64,000 nucleotides of DNA, taken from NCBI GenBank assembly GCA_039621445.1, contig CP154954.1, positions 15,642,140-15,706,139 of the forward strand. Reading direction: 5' to 3'. The position numbers were made by a program, and so were the translations under genes. This document shows positions 49,616 to 63,662 of the stretch, piece after piece; positions within the stretch are counted from its first letter, which is position 1; every line of letters starts with the position of its first letter. Source of the stretch: Euglena gracilis. Lineage: Eukaryota. The notes below the pieces were generated by a model, which had not been told where the DNA came from, did not search any database, and saw only the letters and a list, made by a program, of their open reading frames with translations.

Positions 49616-52600
49616 GCAAAGCCCTCTGGGAACGTCATTGTGCTGGAGGACCTGGACAGCACTATGCGCGGGCCCCTGCACCCCAACGGTGTTACAAACC
49701 TGTCACCCAAATCACCTCTATCCTGGAACAATTTCCAATTCCAGTGGTAGAATGTATATATCATGTTTTTTATTTTTCGAAATTTGAATGCTTTCCCAAA
49801 ATGATTTTTAAGGGTTTTCAAGGTATTTTTAAGGTTTTTTAAGGCCTTTTTGGCCAAAACTTTTAAGGGATTTTTAAAGGTTTTTTAAAGGTGCCTTAAA
49901 AAAAACCCCCCTGCCCCCAAGGGCTTTGGGTCCTGGGGTTTGTCATTTTCGCCTTTTTTTTGGCGCGAAGTGCTGAAAAATGTTTTGAGCCCAAAATTGA
50001 CCGCCAAAAACGGTGCTGTGAACCCCCTCCTGGGACCCTCCCCTTGGTCTTCAAAAAGCACCTCATTCATAATTTCTATATATATGTATATATATGTATA
50101 TGTATATGTATATATGTATATGTATATATATGTATATATATGTATATATATATATATATTATTTGTCCTGTGTTTCCGCTCCTGTTTCTTCTGAATAACA
50201 CAGGGGTTGATAACAAAGCCCCTATCCGAGAAAACTGAAGGTTTCAGGAGTTGCAGTACCAACAGAAGGTTTATTGAACCAGAGTGCAAACACAGTGTGG
50301 TGTGATTTGTGAAACACAAAGATGTGCTATGCATTGGCTCTGCGACGTGAGCACTCTAAAATGCAGGTGGGCATTTGTTGACGGAGAAGAATATGGAAGT
50401 GGTGCTGGCGGAGAGCGTTGTGCGGCAAAGTGACAGCTCCAGTTACCTGTGTGGCTGTTGGCAGCGGTGCAAAGAGCTGCTTGACGAAGAGCCCCAGGTG
50501 ACGTGTGGGAAGTTTTATGGGGATTTTGTTGGAATGGTTATCGCCGCTGCTTCCAGATGCCTCAAAGACCAAAACGAGATCATTTTTTTTGTGGTTTCAA
50601 TGTGTGTATTTGGTGAGTAACTCACTAAATAGCTTGAAATGGCATACCCCCCCCCCCCCGGGAAACTGTCATGCCCGAGAACCTGTCAGGGTCCCGCCCG
50701 GGAAACTGTCAGGGTCCCCGGTACCGGCCAACCTGGCAGTATAGGAAGTTGTCAGGGTCCCCGGTACTGGCCAACCTGTCAGGTGACGGTTTCCCGGGGG
50801 GGGGGGGTACGCTTGTCCATCGGATTGCCTTTTGGGAGATCCTTTGTACACGTCCTCATTTAGAATGCTTTTTACAAAATGTCCTCTGTCGTACACTGGC
50901 TGAGTTGTTAAAGGCAAGTCTGAAATCCAAAAAAATGAGGCAAAATTGTGCAAGACAAAGGAAATGTCTGGATATGAAGTCTGTCATTGCACAAACCCAA
51001 AACCAAACCGGCAAAAAAGCCACCAGCCCTCCGAGCAAAAAAGCACAGTTTCGAGAAATGTTTTTTTTCCACGTTCTTTACATGAGTCTGTTCAGTGTTT
51101 ACAAATACATCATTTTATTTCAGGTTCAATCCCACCAGCATCGCATTTCCTTCTTGAAGGAGTGTTTGGCATTGTGCTCCAATTACATCCTCCTCCACTT
51201 CTCAAACGACGATCTATTCCCCGACAGGTGCCACTTCGAATTGTTGCTTTGCAATGCAGAGCTTGTTTGACTTATCTTTGGATTTCCATCTCGGCGTCCG
51301 ATATGGATGTGTTGCTTGGTTTCCCATTATGAAGAGCGACACCTTTTTTTGTTCTTTTAAGAATATGCACGTTAATTGCAATTCAGGGGAGCCAATACTG
51401 CACATTGTTATGTCCACCCGCCAACCCTCCTGGGTTGGGGATTGGGTCTCGTGGTGCCACCTTTTTTTGCTTTTGGGGCGGCGAAAGAATTGCAGGATTC
51501 CAAAATCTGTTTGTTTGTAAAAAAAACATGTTTCCGGAATGTATGTTTTTCTGCAATATATTCCTCCCCCACCTGGTTGGGGGTGGGCAGCTGTTCACAG
51601 CATATTGAATGCTTTTTTATATGTTTGCAAATGATGTTGTTGATTGCATTTTGTTCAGCTTTCGCCATTTTTCTCATTTTCTTACTTTTACCTTTTGACA
51701 AAACCACAGGTTTTCAGGCATTTGCTTGTCGTGCATTGTGTTTTTTTTTTGCCCAGGAAATGTTAGTGCTTGATGAAGGCATGCATAATTTTGGTGCACA
51801 ATGGACCACGCTTGATTAATCGAGGGAAGCTCCAGACAAAGTTATTTTTCTTCCAAGTCCCTTCAAGCAGAAGTTGGTCAACTTTGGAAATGTTCCAAAG
51901 GAATTCATTTTTTTGGGGCAGGGTTTGCATCTCATGTTTCGTGATATTGCATGAGGGAAATTGCTGCGATTGCCCACCTCCAGCTCGTAGCCCCTGCCGG
52001 CGTTGGAGTCAAATGGTCTGATTCCCCATGGGCTGTTCAAGCCAACGCCCCTCCCCCCAAGGTGTTTAGCCAGGTGACTGGCTGGCTGTCCCCCCCCAAA
52101 TGCTGCAGTTACCTCTGTTCTGTTGGAGCCGTTATTTTTTGACCCCAGTATCGGGCAAAATGCCCATTTTTCGTATTTTTTTGGTTTTTTGAATAAATCC
52201 AGGCAATAAGAAAGAAATATCCCATTTCCACTTCGGCACGCAGCGAGTGCTATTGTGTATGGTAAACCCCAAATAACCCTCATGCAAAGTTAATGGGCCA
52301 GTTTTCCCCACAGGTTATTTGGTGTCAAAAACTGTTTTTAATGAAAAATAGTTTATTGAATTTTGACGTTGGACAACAAAATGTTGTGGTGCGTTCTGTG
52401 GGTGTTTTTCAAAGACTCCCAAAATAACCTCCCAAATGATTCTGCATTGCTTTCATCCCAAATAACTGTATTTGGGGGATGGCTGAAAAGAATCCAAATA
52501 ATCCCCCCCCCCTCACCGCACAATCGTGTCGAAAAATTTCGGCCGAAGCCTCTCTGCAAAGGGCAGGGTGGGTCAAGGTAGACCCGCCCTGCTTATTTTT

Positions 52601-52616
52601 TTTATTATTAAGTGGC

Positions 52617-52708
<92 letters not shown>

Positions 52709-52719
52709 GTATTAGTATT

Positions 52720-52756
<37 letters not shown>

Positions 52757-52820
52757 TTATTATTATTATTATTATTATTATTTATTATTATTATTATTAT
52801 TATTATTCTTATTCTTATTC

Positions 52821-52868
<48 letters not shown>

Positions 52869-55800
52869 TATTTTTTGAGTGGCTGGCAAAATGCCCAGCT
52901 AGACCCCCCCAGGGTTCTCAAGCAAAAGCCAGGCCACATTATGACGTTGCAACCACCACACATCATGCCCCACGCACTGCGCCGGCATGGGTGCCGCTTG
53001 GTTTCCCATCCGCCCTCCCTGCAGCCGGCGTGGCGGGGCGAAGCTGGTCGACTGCCTCCGCACCAGTGCGAGGCCTGCCCACCTCCTTGACGACCTCCTG
53101 GGGCGGGTCCCGGCGGGGGAGCAGGCCCAGGTGTGTGGGGGGGGGGGCGCAGCTGCGGGTGAATGAACACCACACGAGTGCAGTACGTTTATATTTGCAC
53201 ATATTTGCACACACACTTATGGACAGATCTCATACATGTAAAAGTAAATTTTGTGCAAATTTTGCTGTTTCTTGTTTCTTGGTGCATGTGTGTTGTCGTT
53301 TTATCAGACACCAGAAAGCAAAAAAAAACACGTCTTCACGTTACCGTTTTTTATTTTATTTGGAGACCCCAGACGTCCGGAGCCCCTCTGGGAAGTTTTG
53401 TGTTCAGGGTCTGTAATGAGAACACGAGAAAATGTACTGTTTTGCCTTGATTTTGTTTGTCGCAAGCCGCATCTGCAGTGGGAAACACTGCATTTTTGAG
53501 AAATTGTTAGTATCACGAGGGACGAACGCCAATTGGGGTTTGTGTGGGGAAATGCCCCACCCATGGGGGGAGTCTGAACCCCCGCCCCCTGAGTTGGGTC
53601 CGCACCGTCCCTCAGGGTGGGAATGTCCACCGTCCCCTAAATCAGCGCTTTACACAAAAAATTTCCCGGAGTTTTGCTCCAAAATTTTTGAGCAAAATTA
53701 CCCAAAAACTTCCCAAAAATCCCTTTTTTCATTTTTTTTTTGTGGGCTGGGCCGAGAATCGCTCTTTTTGGCTTTTGCTCAGATGTGTGGAGGGGTCCCT
53801 CCTTTGACCAGGAGTGGGGGTCTGGACCCCCCCTGCCCTTCTACCAAACCCTGCCCTTCAGGTTTAAAAGTCACAGAGGGGTGTTCTTTTGCGGGTGTTT
53901 TAGTTTTTTTTGTATTTTTGCTGAAAATTGGCAGCGGTGGTGTTGTGTTTGGGGGGTTTTACCTGGTGCCCAAGGTTCCTGGATTGCCTTGGATGAACGA
54001 CGACCTCCCCCGCGCTATGCCCACCGCGGACCCGTCAGGTCTTCCTGCCCTCCGTGGCAGCCCTCATCCAAGAGGTGCGGGGGACGTCCATCGCCGACGA
54101 CTGGAAGGGCTTACTGCAGGCGTGCCACTCTTTCTTTCCCGATGTGTGAGGCAGTCCGCGCCGTCCCGTGTGATGTCTGCTGTATCCGTCGCATATTTTC
54201 TTCTCTCTCCGTTTACGCGCAGGTCCTAAACCTGCTTGCCAGTCCCGAGCAGATCTGCAAAGCAGTATGTCCGCTGCTGCATTTGTCTCGTTTGGTCTCC
54301 ACTTGGAAATCCGCAGTCGGGATCTGCGCATGTACGGTCTTGCCAAATTCAGGAAACGGCATCACAAGGCCGCCAGCCACCCAGTGGCGGTTGGAGTCAT
54401 TATTGGATTGTACTGTTTTAAATTTGAATTTTAATAAGTTTAATTTAATAATTTTAATAAATAAATAATAATAATAATTTAAGTTTTTATTTAAATTTAA
54501 ATTTAGAAGAATGCAGATTTCATTTCCTCTTATTGCTTTTGGAATGCTGTTTGAGAAAAAAACACTTCACGGCGCTGGCTCTGTCTCAAAAGACACAATG
54601 GAGCACAACGCCCTGTGTCCGAAGTCATTTGAAGGTGGTTTGGCCAGTGAGGCTGTTGCGAGGAGTGTGCATCGAGTGTGCTTTGTACCGCATACTGAGC
54701 AGACCCCGAAACAAATCCCCCCATTGGAAAGCCCGTCCTGTATTTCCCCCGGGCCGACCTCTAATCCCATAACCTCCATGAGTTTCTGTCAGGCATAATA
54801 TGTTCAGGCAAAAAAAAAATCAGAATTTTTAAGGTTTTTTAAGGTGTTTGTTTAACGTTTTTTGAAGGCATTTTGAAAAATTCAAGAATTTTTCAGGTGT
54901 CTGTTTTCCATGGGCGGTCAAAGAGCCATCCGGGTATCGAACCAACGTCGGTCCAGGTTGAAAATCAGAAAGTTCAGAAACCTATTTTTTTGGACAATGT
55001 TCCAGCGATGCCAGACATCATTTTTTTCCCTCAGAGTTGGCTTTTTTTTGCCAAGATTTTGCGACGTCTTTATTTGTTCATAATTCGAAGCACTTTCCAG
55101 AACGAATTTTTTAAGGCTTTTAAAGAGTTTTAAAGGTTTTTTAAGGTGCCTTCAAAAATAATGCCTGGTTTCTGTTTGGGCCTCTGTTGGGTCGCTGCAG
55201 ATCGTCAGTGGCCCCTCGTGGCTGCCATCGGGCAACGGCCGCGTCCTGGAAGACACCTCCCTCTTGGGCCCTTTCTTCGGCCTCTCAGCGACCCACGTGT
55301 GCTGCCCCGACTCCTCTGCTCTTTCCTTCTCTGCTCTTCCTGTAGTGTGTGGCTGGATCAGGAATTAACGGGAATCCCCGAAACCCCTTGGGTTGCAGGT
55401 TGGGAGGGTCCGCACCCCCCCCAACTTAGGGTTAGGTTTAGGGTTAGGGTTAGGGTTAGGGTTAGGATTAGGGTCCCCCTTTCCATATCCCGGTGCCTTT
55501 TCTAGGTGAAAATTTATTTCGACGCCGAAGATCTTTGTGTTTGCGCGGTGCCGTGGATGGTTACTTCTTTCAAAAAAAAAGTGACATAACTGCCACGGAG
55601 GCAATGAAAAACGACAGGAAACCATCCTCTACCAGTAAAATAAGACCCTGACCAGAAAACGTCTGTACCTTGCAACATGTTGGAAAAGCCATACACCAGG
55701 TCTGCAGTGCAGCATTAAGGGAGTGGTATAAAAACTATCCCACAAGGCACAATGATCATCTTGGGATCGCCTTACAATCATCTTGGGATCATCGTCATTG

Positions 55801-58800
55801 CAGTTTCATTACGTCCTGAAGAGTGAAAGTTATATATCACTGCCTGAAAATCCCGAAAATGGTTGATGACAAATTTGGGTGCCAATGTGAGGGAGGGGGA
55901 GTAACCAACCCCCCCCCCCCCCAGAAATGGGGGATTGGTTTTTGAAAAGTGACCCATTGGGGTTTTTAAAGTGGAAAGTGACCACCACCCACTCCCCCCG
56001 GGGTGCGTAACAAAATGGTGTGGTCCAGAATCATTCATGGCCCCGCCCTCGCGGCGGGTTGAGCCCACACTACCGCCGCCCCCTGCAGCCCAGAGCCCGC
56101 GCCGCCTTCCTCCCCGTGGATGAGAAAGGGGATTTGCCGAAGGACTACCAGTGGGACACCAGCGCCCTGCAAAACGTGCGGGGGCATTGGGGCCTCCTCG
56201 TGGTGTGTCCGCCCTTCTCACGCCCATGTGCCGGGCCTTCCTGAGGGCCAAGGTGCCAAGGGGCTGACCCCTTCCAGGTTGAAACAGGAGTGCAGACACA
56301 ACGTCTCGATATCTGCTGCTGAGTTAAGTGCATCCTGAGTGGAGACATGGCGTGGAGGGTGTGGATGGTGTGGTGTGGAGCACTGTCCACGGGTCCCAGA
56401 GTTTGATCACAGTACAATTCAGTTCAGGAAAGGAGTTCTCTCGATCTTTGCAGCAATATACGCCACAGATGATTCACCCCCCTCCCTGAGGCACACCACC
56501 CCCTTTGTTTTGCCCCCCCCCAAGCCCCCCCCCCCCACAAGGGCTGAACGTGAATTCCAGAACTTTTATGGGGGTGGGGGTCAATCTTCTCCCACCCCTT
56601 CACCATCCTGATGGGCTCACCCGCCATCCCCTCCTGTCTTTCCAGGGTCACCAATTTTGAAACCAAAGTTTTTGTTTGGAAGTGATAAAAGTGGGGTCCC
56701 CCCCGGCTTTCCCACACAGCCCGGCCCCCCTCCCCTCCAGGAATTGCTGCACGCGGCGGTGATGCAGAACTTTCTGCGCCCGAAATACTCCCGCGAGGCC
56801 CTCCTGCGCTGGTTTGCGGCGGTGCTGAATCAAAACCATGAGAGGGCGAAGACGCAGGTGTCCGTGGAGGAGAGTTCATGAAAAATATTTTTTTTGCCAG
56901 TGATCTCTCTGCTTTGTAAATGCTTTCACAATTGATGCAATGGCGCATCATTTTTTGTGGGCTTCTTAAATTATTATTGTTTTTTTAACCCAATTATTTT
57001 AATTATTTGCGCACATTTATTACCTGTTATTTCATCATTTTAATGTATATTTGATTTTATTCATCTTATCTGGATATACCATGTTCAAATTATCTATATC
57101 AAGATCATGTGTCGTCATCGAGTTTTGCAGGTGACACAACATACCAGTACATTTTTTTTAACACAGACAAGTAAGTACATTTACATTTTTGCATCAAAAA
57201 TATCTCAGTCACGATATCCTGCATGAGTTGTCTATATTTGCCTGCTTTTGTCAATGAATGCTTTGTTTCAAGAGATGCTGAAAGAGGAGCACAGCAATGA
57301 ACCCAACCCAACCCAACCCAACCCAACCCCCGTCACTGCTGACGTGGCCAGCTCCCACGGCTGGTGCAAGGTCCTTGCCACGCCTTTTTCGCACAGGTCG
57401 ACTACAACTCATGCAGCTCTGACTGCTTCATGGTGAACTTTGCTTACGTAATGCTATCCGGGCGTTGGCCGGTTGGAAGGGGAAGCAGTGTCAGGAATGA
57501 ACATTGAAGGAGCCCAACCCCAGTGGCGTTTTTCCAGACCTGGACCCCCATCAACATTTTTGCTTTCTTGTTCAGCCGTCTGAAGGGTGGTTAGTAACAG
57601 ATCTTCGTTTGCTTTGCTTTGCCATGGTTGACCAGGAATGGCCGAAAATGAGCTCATTTTGAGTGTCGGAAATTATTTTCAAAAAGTATCCATTTTAATT
57701 TTGAACCATTTTAGTCCCAGTGGTGAAAGTGACCGACTCCCTCCCAGCAGAAGTTGGAATGGTGCATTTTTTTCCCCTCAAAAAGCAGCCATTTTGTTAC
57801 TTGAAAGAGACAAGACGTCAAGCGATGTCATGCAGGGATTTCTGGGGAGCAGGAATATGAAATATCCTTCGAAAAGGAATGACCGAAACAAAATGGAATT
57901 CCTTTGAAGGAGGCCCGCTTTTTAGTCGACCTCTGAAACCCGCAGGCCTTGCCTTCCTTGATTTGCTCCGCCCCTGGTGTGACCCTGCGCAGGAAGGAAT
58001 AAAGCTGGAGGGCTTGGAAATGGCTGGGGGGGAAGTACCGTGGGTAGTTTGGTATCTGATGAGAGGCGAGGCTGACCCCCCCATATGGGTCTCACGGCGA
58101 TGTCACTCACTCATACCCCCACCCACTGCCTCGGGATATGGATTTCAGGTTTTCAAGCAAACGCCTGATGCTCACACTGTTTGACCCCGTCATTGCCAAG
58201 GACCGTGAGAAGGTGTGAGAAGTGTGGGACCAGCAGACTTCCACAACCGGTTCTGTTCCAGTGGATTTTATCATCATCACATTTTAATATTTGTATTTAC
58301 ACACAGGGATCTTCACAAACATCGCAAGTTTTTTGTGTGCCATTTTTCTTTTAAGAAAAGAGACCGCACCAAACAACCCGAATATACAGCCCCCCCAAAT
58401 ATAAAGAAAGCCCCCCGCCAAATATAAAGCCCCCTGGAGGCTTTGGTTTTGCCGCCCAAATACAAAGCCCTGGAGCCAGGCGCTGGTGTCATTCAGAAAA
58501 AAGTTGAAAGTATTGGGTGGATACAACGTGATTTTCACCAAAAATGCTCCATTTTGGATAAGAATTTTCGAGGTACACAACGTAAATTTGGTATAAAATT
58601 GGTGTTTGGCCCAATTAAGGGCTCATAGACGCCACCCAAAAAAAGTTTGATACCACAAATAAAAAGCCCCCCCCCCCCAGTGTAAAGCCCCCCCTGAGGG
58701 TCTTACAATCTCGTCCAAATGTAAAGCCAGGACTGCTGTATATTTGGGGGTTAATGACACTTGTATCCTGTTTTCCTTTTTTCTCGTCCCAGAAAGATTC

Positions 58801-60118
58801 TGTATTGGCGTCGTATGTCACAAGTCCATCCAGTCGGGTGCAATATGACCGCTTCACTCGGATTGCAATGGATTCTGAGACTGCAAAGAAGGTTTGTGTC
58901 TGTGTGTAGTGTGCTATCGGGGTGCTGTATGGCATTGGTAAAGGATTTCCTGTGGTTTATGATGGTGTTTGTCCCACCCGCCCCCATTTGATTGTTGTTT
59001 TGCTGCATTTTCCATGATTTCCCCCGTTTGTTTATATTTTATCTTCCCTCCTCTGCACATTTTTTGGGGCCTGCATGCATTTGACTGCCTGTGGCCTCCC
59101 ATTTCTAATCTTTGCGACAATGTCGTGTGTTTCCATGTCTATGCAAATGGAAGGGAATGTCACCGCCAATGCGCACGTTGACAACCAAAATGTCTGTGAA
59201 ATGCATGTCACTGCTGGCTGCGCGACCTCCAGGCAGATGGGGTGGGCAGATGGGTGGGTTCTCGGGAGTTGCCATCTTGGGTTTGGATGGAGATGCACCA
59301 GTATTAGTCCACATGGAGCCGGACAACGGTGAGTTGCCGAGGAGGGGGGGGGTTGGGGTTTCAAGGGGTGGGTTTGGCGTAGGAAGCTGGTGTTGCCAGA
59401 GTGACATTCTGGGCATTGCCAGGCGGCGCATGGCGGGGTGGCGCGGGACTTCGGCTTCAACACGGAGGCGTTCTTCTTTGCGATCCACGCCCTGCACATT
59501 GGGTTGCTGTCCGCCAGCAATCACTGGACTCGGGTGTGTGTGTTTACCTTTGGCACACTTTTTGGGAGGCTGTCTCCATTGTGTGCACAGCAGCACCAGC
59601 TAATCATGGTATACATAGTAAAATGGTAATCATGAGATCTATGCATATGGCAGGTGGGAAGTATAATGCCCCCCCTAGTTAAACTTGTTATTAAACTTCC
59701 CACCAGGTTGGGCACGACACCACTGTCAGTCACGGTCAGTGAAGGAGTGGGGTTAGGGTTAGGATCGGCCGGCCGGGGGGTTCGGCTGCAACGCGCCGCA
59801 CGCACCCCCGCCCCGGGCCGGGTGGCCCAATTCCCAAAGGCGGTAGGCAAGCAGGGAGGAAGGAAGATGAAGCCCGCCTTTTCCTTTCGGGGGGTACGAC
59901 TGAAAAGGGCGGGCGCCAGGATTTGCGGGGCGGTCGTTGGCCAGCTGGTGGGTGGGCCGTGCGCATGCGGCAGGCAACGAGGTTCCGGAAAGGAGTGGGA
60001 CCAAACCCCGGCCGGCCGGTCCTAACCCTTTCACTAACCCCAGTGGTACCGTGCCCAAAGTTTAATACCCCCCTAAGGGGGTGTATTAAACTTCCCACCT
60101 GCCATATACATACATATA

Positions 60119-60199
<81 letters not shown>

Positions 60200-61929
60200 G
60201 TGTCTGTCTGTCTGTATAATGCACATATATCGGCCTATATAATTTAATATTAATGTGACTTCCGCCCGGGGGGCTTTGCATGCGCCACCCCCCCCCCCCC
60301 ATGGGTCAGTCCGGCCCGGCCGAATACCCGGTTCTTTCAAGGGTTCCCAGCCGATTTTGGGTGGCGTCTTTTGGGTGGGATTGGGGGGGGGGGGGGCTCG
60401 ACCTCGGGGGGGGGGGTTGTTGGCAGGTTTTTCACAGTGAATGAGTGGGTGGGTCTGGACCAGGAAACAGTTGCCCTCAATCCGGGGTCATTTGCTGACT
60501 CCATAATTTGTGGGGCCTGAGCAAAAGCATTTTGGATACCCCCCCCCACCAAAATAAGACCCGGTGTCTATTTTTTGGGTCCGTTGCTGAGAATCCCAAG
60601 GGGCGGTCGTTTTCGGGGGGTTTATTTTTTGGGTTTTTTTTGCTGAAAAATTCGACCGAAAAAAGCCTTCCTGCAGGAAGGTCCAAAAATAGGTCCAAGA
60701 AGGGTCGATGAGGGAGAAAGTCTCAAAGATGCCAGTTTTGGCACATGCAACATGGGCAAAGGTCGAGAAATGTCAAAAATCACCGTTTTGGGAGCATCTT
60801 TACAGTTTTCCAGGGTCCACTTTTTGGATTTTCCCCGAAAATTCCGAGGGGGGTCTTATGTTGGAGGTGGGTCTACTCTTTGGGTTTTTGCTCGGCATGG
60901 TGTCTTATTTTTGGGGGGGTTATAACTATCTTTATTATAATTTCTTCTGTTTTTTTTTTCAGAACAACGAGGACTTGCGGCACCTGAAGCAGGCGATGGA
61001 GGAGGCTCAGCAACAGAATTTGGCGCCATTATTGATGGAGTTCCAGATGACGCAGTTCCGGGTGTTGGCCAAACCCACTCAGCCATGTTAGGAGCATGGA
61101 CTGATATTTGTTTTGCGAGTTCATAAATTTTATATTTACATTAGTTGTAGTGTGCTGTTTTGTTGGTGGTATTTTCTTTAATTCAAAACTGTTTTCTGTG
61201 TCTTTTACCTGTGTTTCAAAGTTCATTATCATCATTTTTCCATTTCATTTTTCCAAGTTCATTTTCATCATTATTTTGGGAAAATAAACCCCCTGGGGGG
61301 GTGCACAATTTTTTGGGGGGTGCTTTATATTTTGGGTGTTTCCATTCAACAAAACAATATGGCATTCTGCTTTTTTTGTTTTTTTGTTTTTTGTTCAGGC
61401 GACAAATAAAGTAAACGGAGATTTTTTGTTTTTTAGGAGTGTGAGTTGTTTGTAGGAACTGGAATTGATACAACATTTTCACAACAACAATAAAAACAAG
61501 GGAACTTCTGTTTTTTTTTTTCTTTTGTTGTGTGTTTTTTTGGTTTTTTGTTGTTTGGTTTTGGGGTTTTGGATTTGTTTTTGTGTTTTTGGTTTTTTTC
61601 TTTTTTTTTTTGTTTGCAATCAATTTTTTGATTTTTTTCTATAGTGGTTGATTTTGTTGTTTGGTTTTCCCCCACATCCCCACCCCAAAAAAAATCCCCC
61701 CCGCCCCCCCGCCCCCCTCACCCCAGATTTTTGCACACAAAGACCTTCACCCCACCCCCAGGCACCCCCCCCCCCAACCACCCCCCCCCACCCCACCCCC
61801 CCACACCCCCCCCCACCCCAACCCCCCCCACCCCCCCCCCCTCCCACCCTCCCCCCCACAAACGCCACACACACACACACACCACACACCCCCACACCGC
61901 ACACACACCACCCACACACACCCCCACAC

Positions 61930-61961
<32 letters not shown>

Positions 61962-63624
61962 CACACACAACAACACACCCAAACACACACACACACACAC
62001 CAACCACACACCACACACACAACACACACACACACACACACACACCCACCCACACCACCCACCCACACAACACCACCCACACACCCCACCCACACACACC
62101 CCCCCACCACACACCCCCCCACACACACACACACACAACACACACACACACACACACAACACACACGCACCACACACACTCACCACAAACAACACTCCAC
62201 ATCACACACACACCAAACAACCAAAGAAAACAAGACCACCCCACACACCACACACACACCCACCCCCCTCCACACACACACACTCGCACACACAATCTTC
62301 ACACACCACATCTCAAAAAATAACCAAACCCAAAAAGCTCATTCCCCTCACCCCCCACATTTTTTTTTACACAAAAAACCATCCAGGCCCCCCGTGGCAC
62401 AAAATTCGGCTATCATCATCAATTACGAACCACTAAATCCACCAGTCAGATAAACACGCGATAGATATTTCTATTTTTCACAGGACATGATCCATTTTTG
62501 ACAATAAATGAACCAGGAAAAATTAAAAAGTTTTTCCTAAATGGTCCTGAAATACCGCCCAAATGTAAACTCCGGGAGATTTTTTATTATTTTTAGGAGT
62601 GGATGCTTCTGTATTACTCAGGCTACCGGGGGAATTGATACAACAATTTTCCACAAATTTTCGCAAATCTTCTGCAATTTCTTCAATATTTCTGCAGTTT
62701 TTTCCACTACAACCTGAAATGGAAGGCGAAATGGGTTTCAGCCATTCCTTGAGCGTTTGTTTCACAAGGGAACCCAGGTGTTTTTATTTTATTTTTGCAA
62801 TTTTTACAATTTTGCCAAAATTTGCCAAACTTTACAAATTTTCGCACGTTTTGGCAATTTCTTGGCATATTTTTATTAAAGGTTTTCCCCTGATTTCTGC
62901 TGGGAAATCATTTCCACTTAAAAAAAAAAATTCCGCATCCCGGACCAGATTTTAATCTGAGACCAAACCTTTTGTCAATCATATTTGTGCTTTTCAGATT
63001 TTTCAGCCAAAAAATTCCATATTTCTAAAATCAGCGAGTTTTCAGAATAAAAAAAAATATTATTCAGACTTTTTTTTGCAGAAAAAGTGCTAATAACAAT
63101 TTAAAAATACACCAAGTGTGCACAATGACAAAAGTTGTGAAGTTTTTCTAAGTCCTCCAGCATAAGTGCACACATTCCCAAAACCCCAATTTCCGCAACT
63201 TTCCCCCAGTTTCGGCAATTTTTCCACAATTTTTATTTGGCCTCCAACATCAATTCCCCTCCCCTCCATTAACTCTTGTCATGCACTGGGGCGGGGGGGG
63301 GAGGCGAATGATGGTGGGTCATATCGTGGTACCGACCGCCAACAGGTTCAATTCAATGAGCGCCTGCAGTTGAAGTTCGCCCTGGATGCTGTCCTGTTCA
63401 ATCCTACACTGGTGAGGAGGTGCGATCATTAAAATAAGTGAGTGCATTTCGACAGACCAACATTTTCTTTTCTCGGAGGTTATTTGAATATTTGTGCACA
63501 CAGCACACACAACACACACACACACCCACACACCCACACACCCACAAACACGCAACACACACTCACACACACACACACACACACACAGCACACAACACAA
63601 GCAACACACACACACACAGCACAC

Positions 63625-63662
<38 letters not shown>

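Noticed and set aside
52526-53416. 296-aa poly-L/poly-I ORF
   Set aside because: It is a translation of the (ATT)n microsatellite. The real exon (53025-53130) is in another frame.
57330-57375. Possible extra UFD2 exon (VTADVASSHGW)
   Set aside because: The adjacent AG-flanked exon at 57397 supplies the conserved SSDxFMxN motif in phase.
61620-62453. Long His/Thr/Pro- and Cys/Val-rich ORFs
   Set aside because: They come from a CA low-complexity tract, probably noisy consensus.
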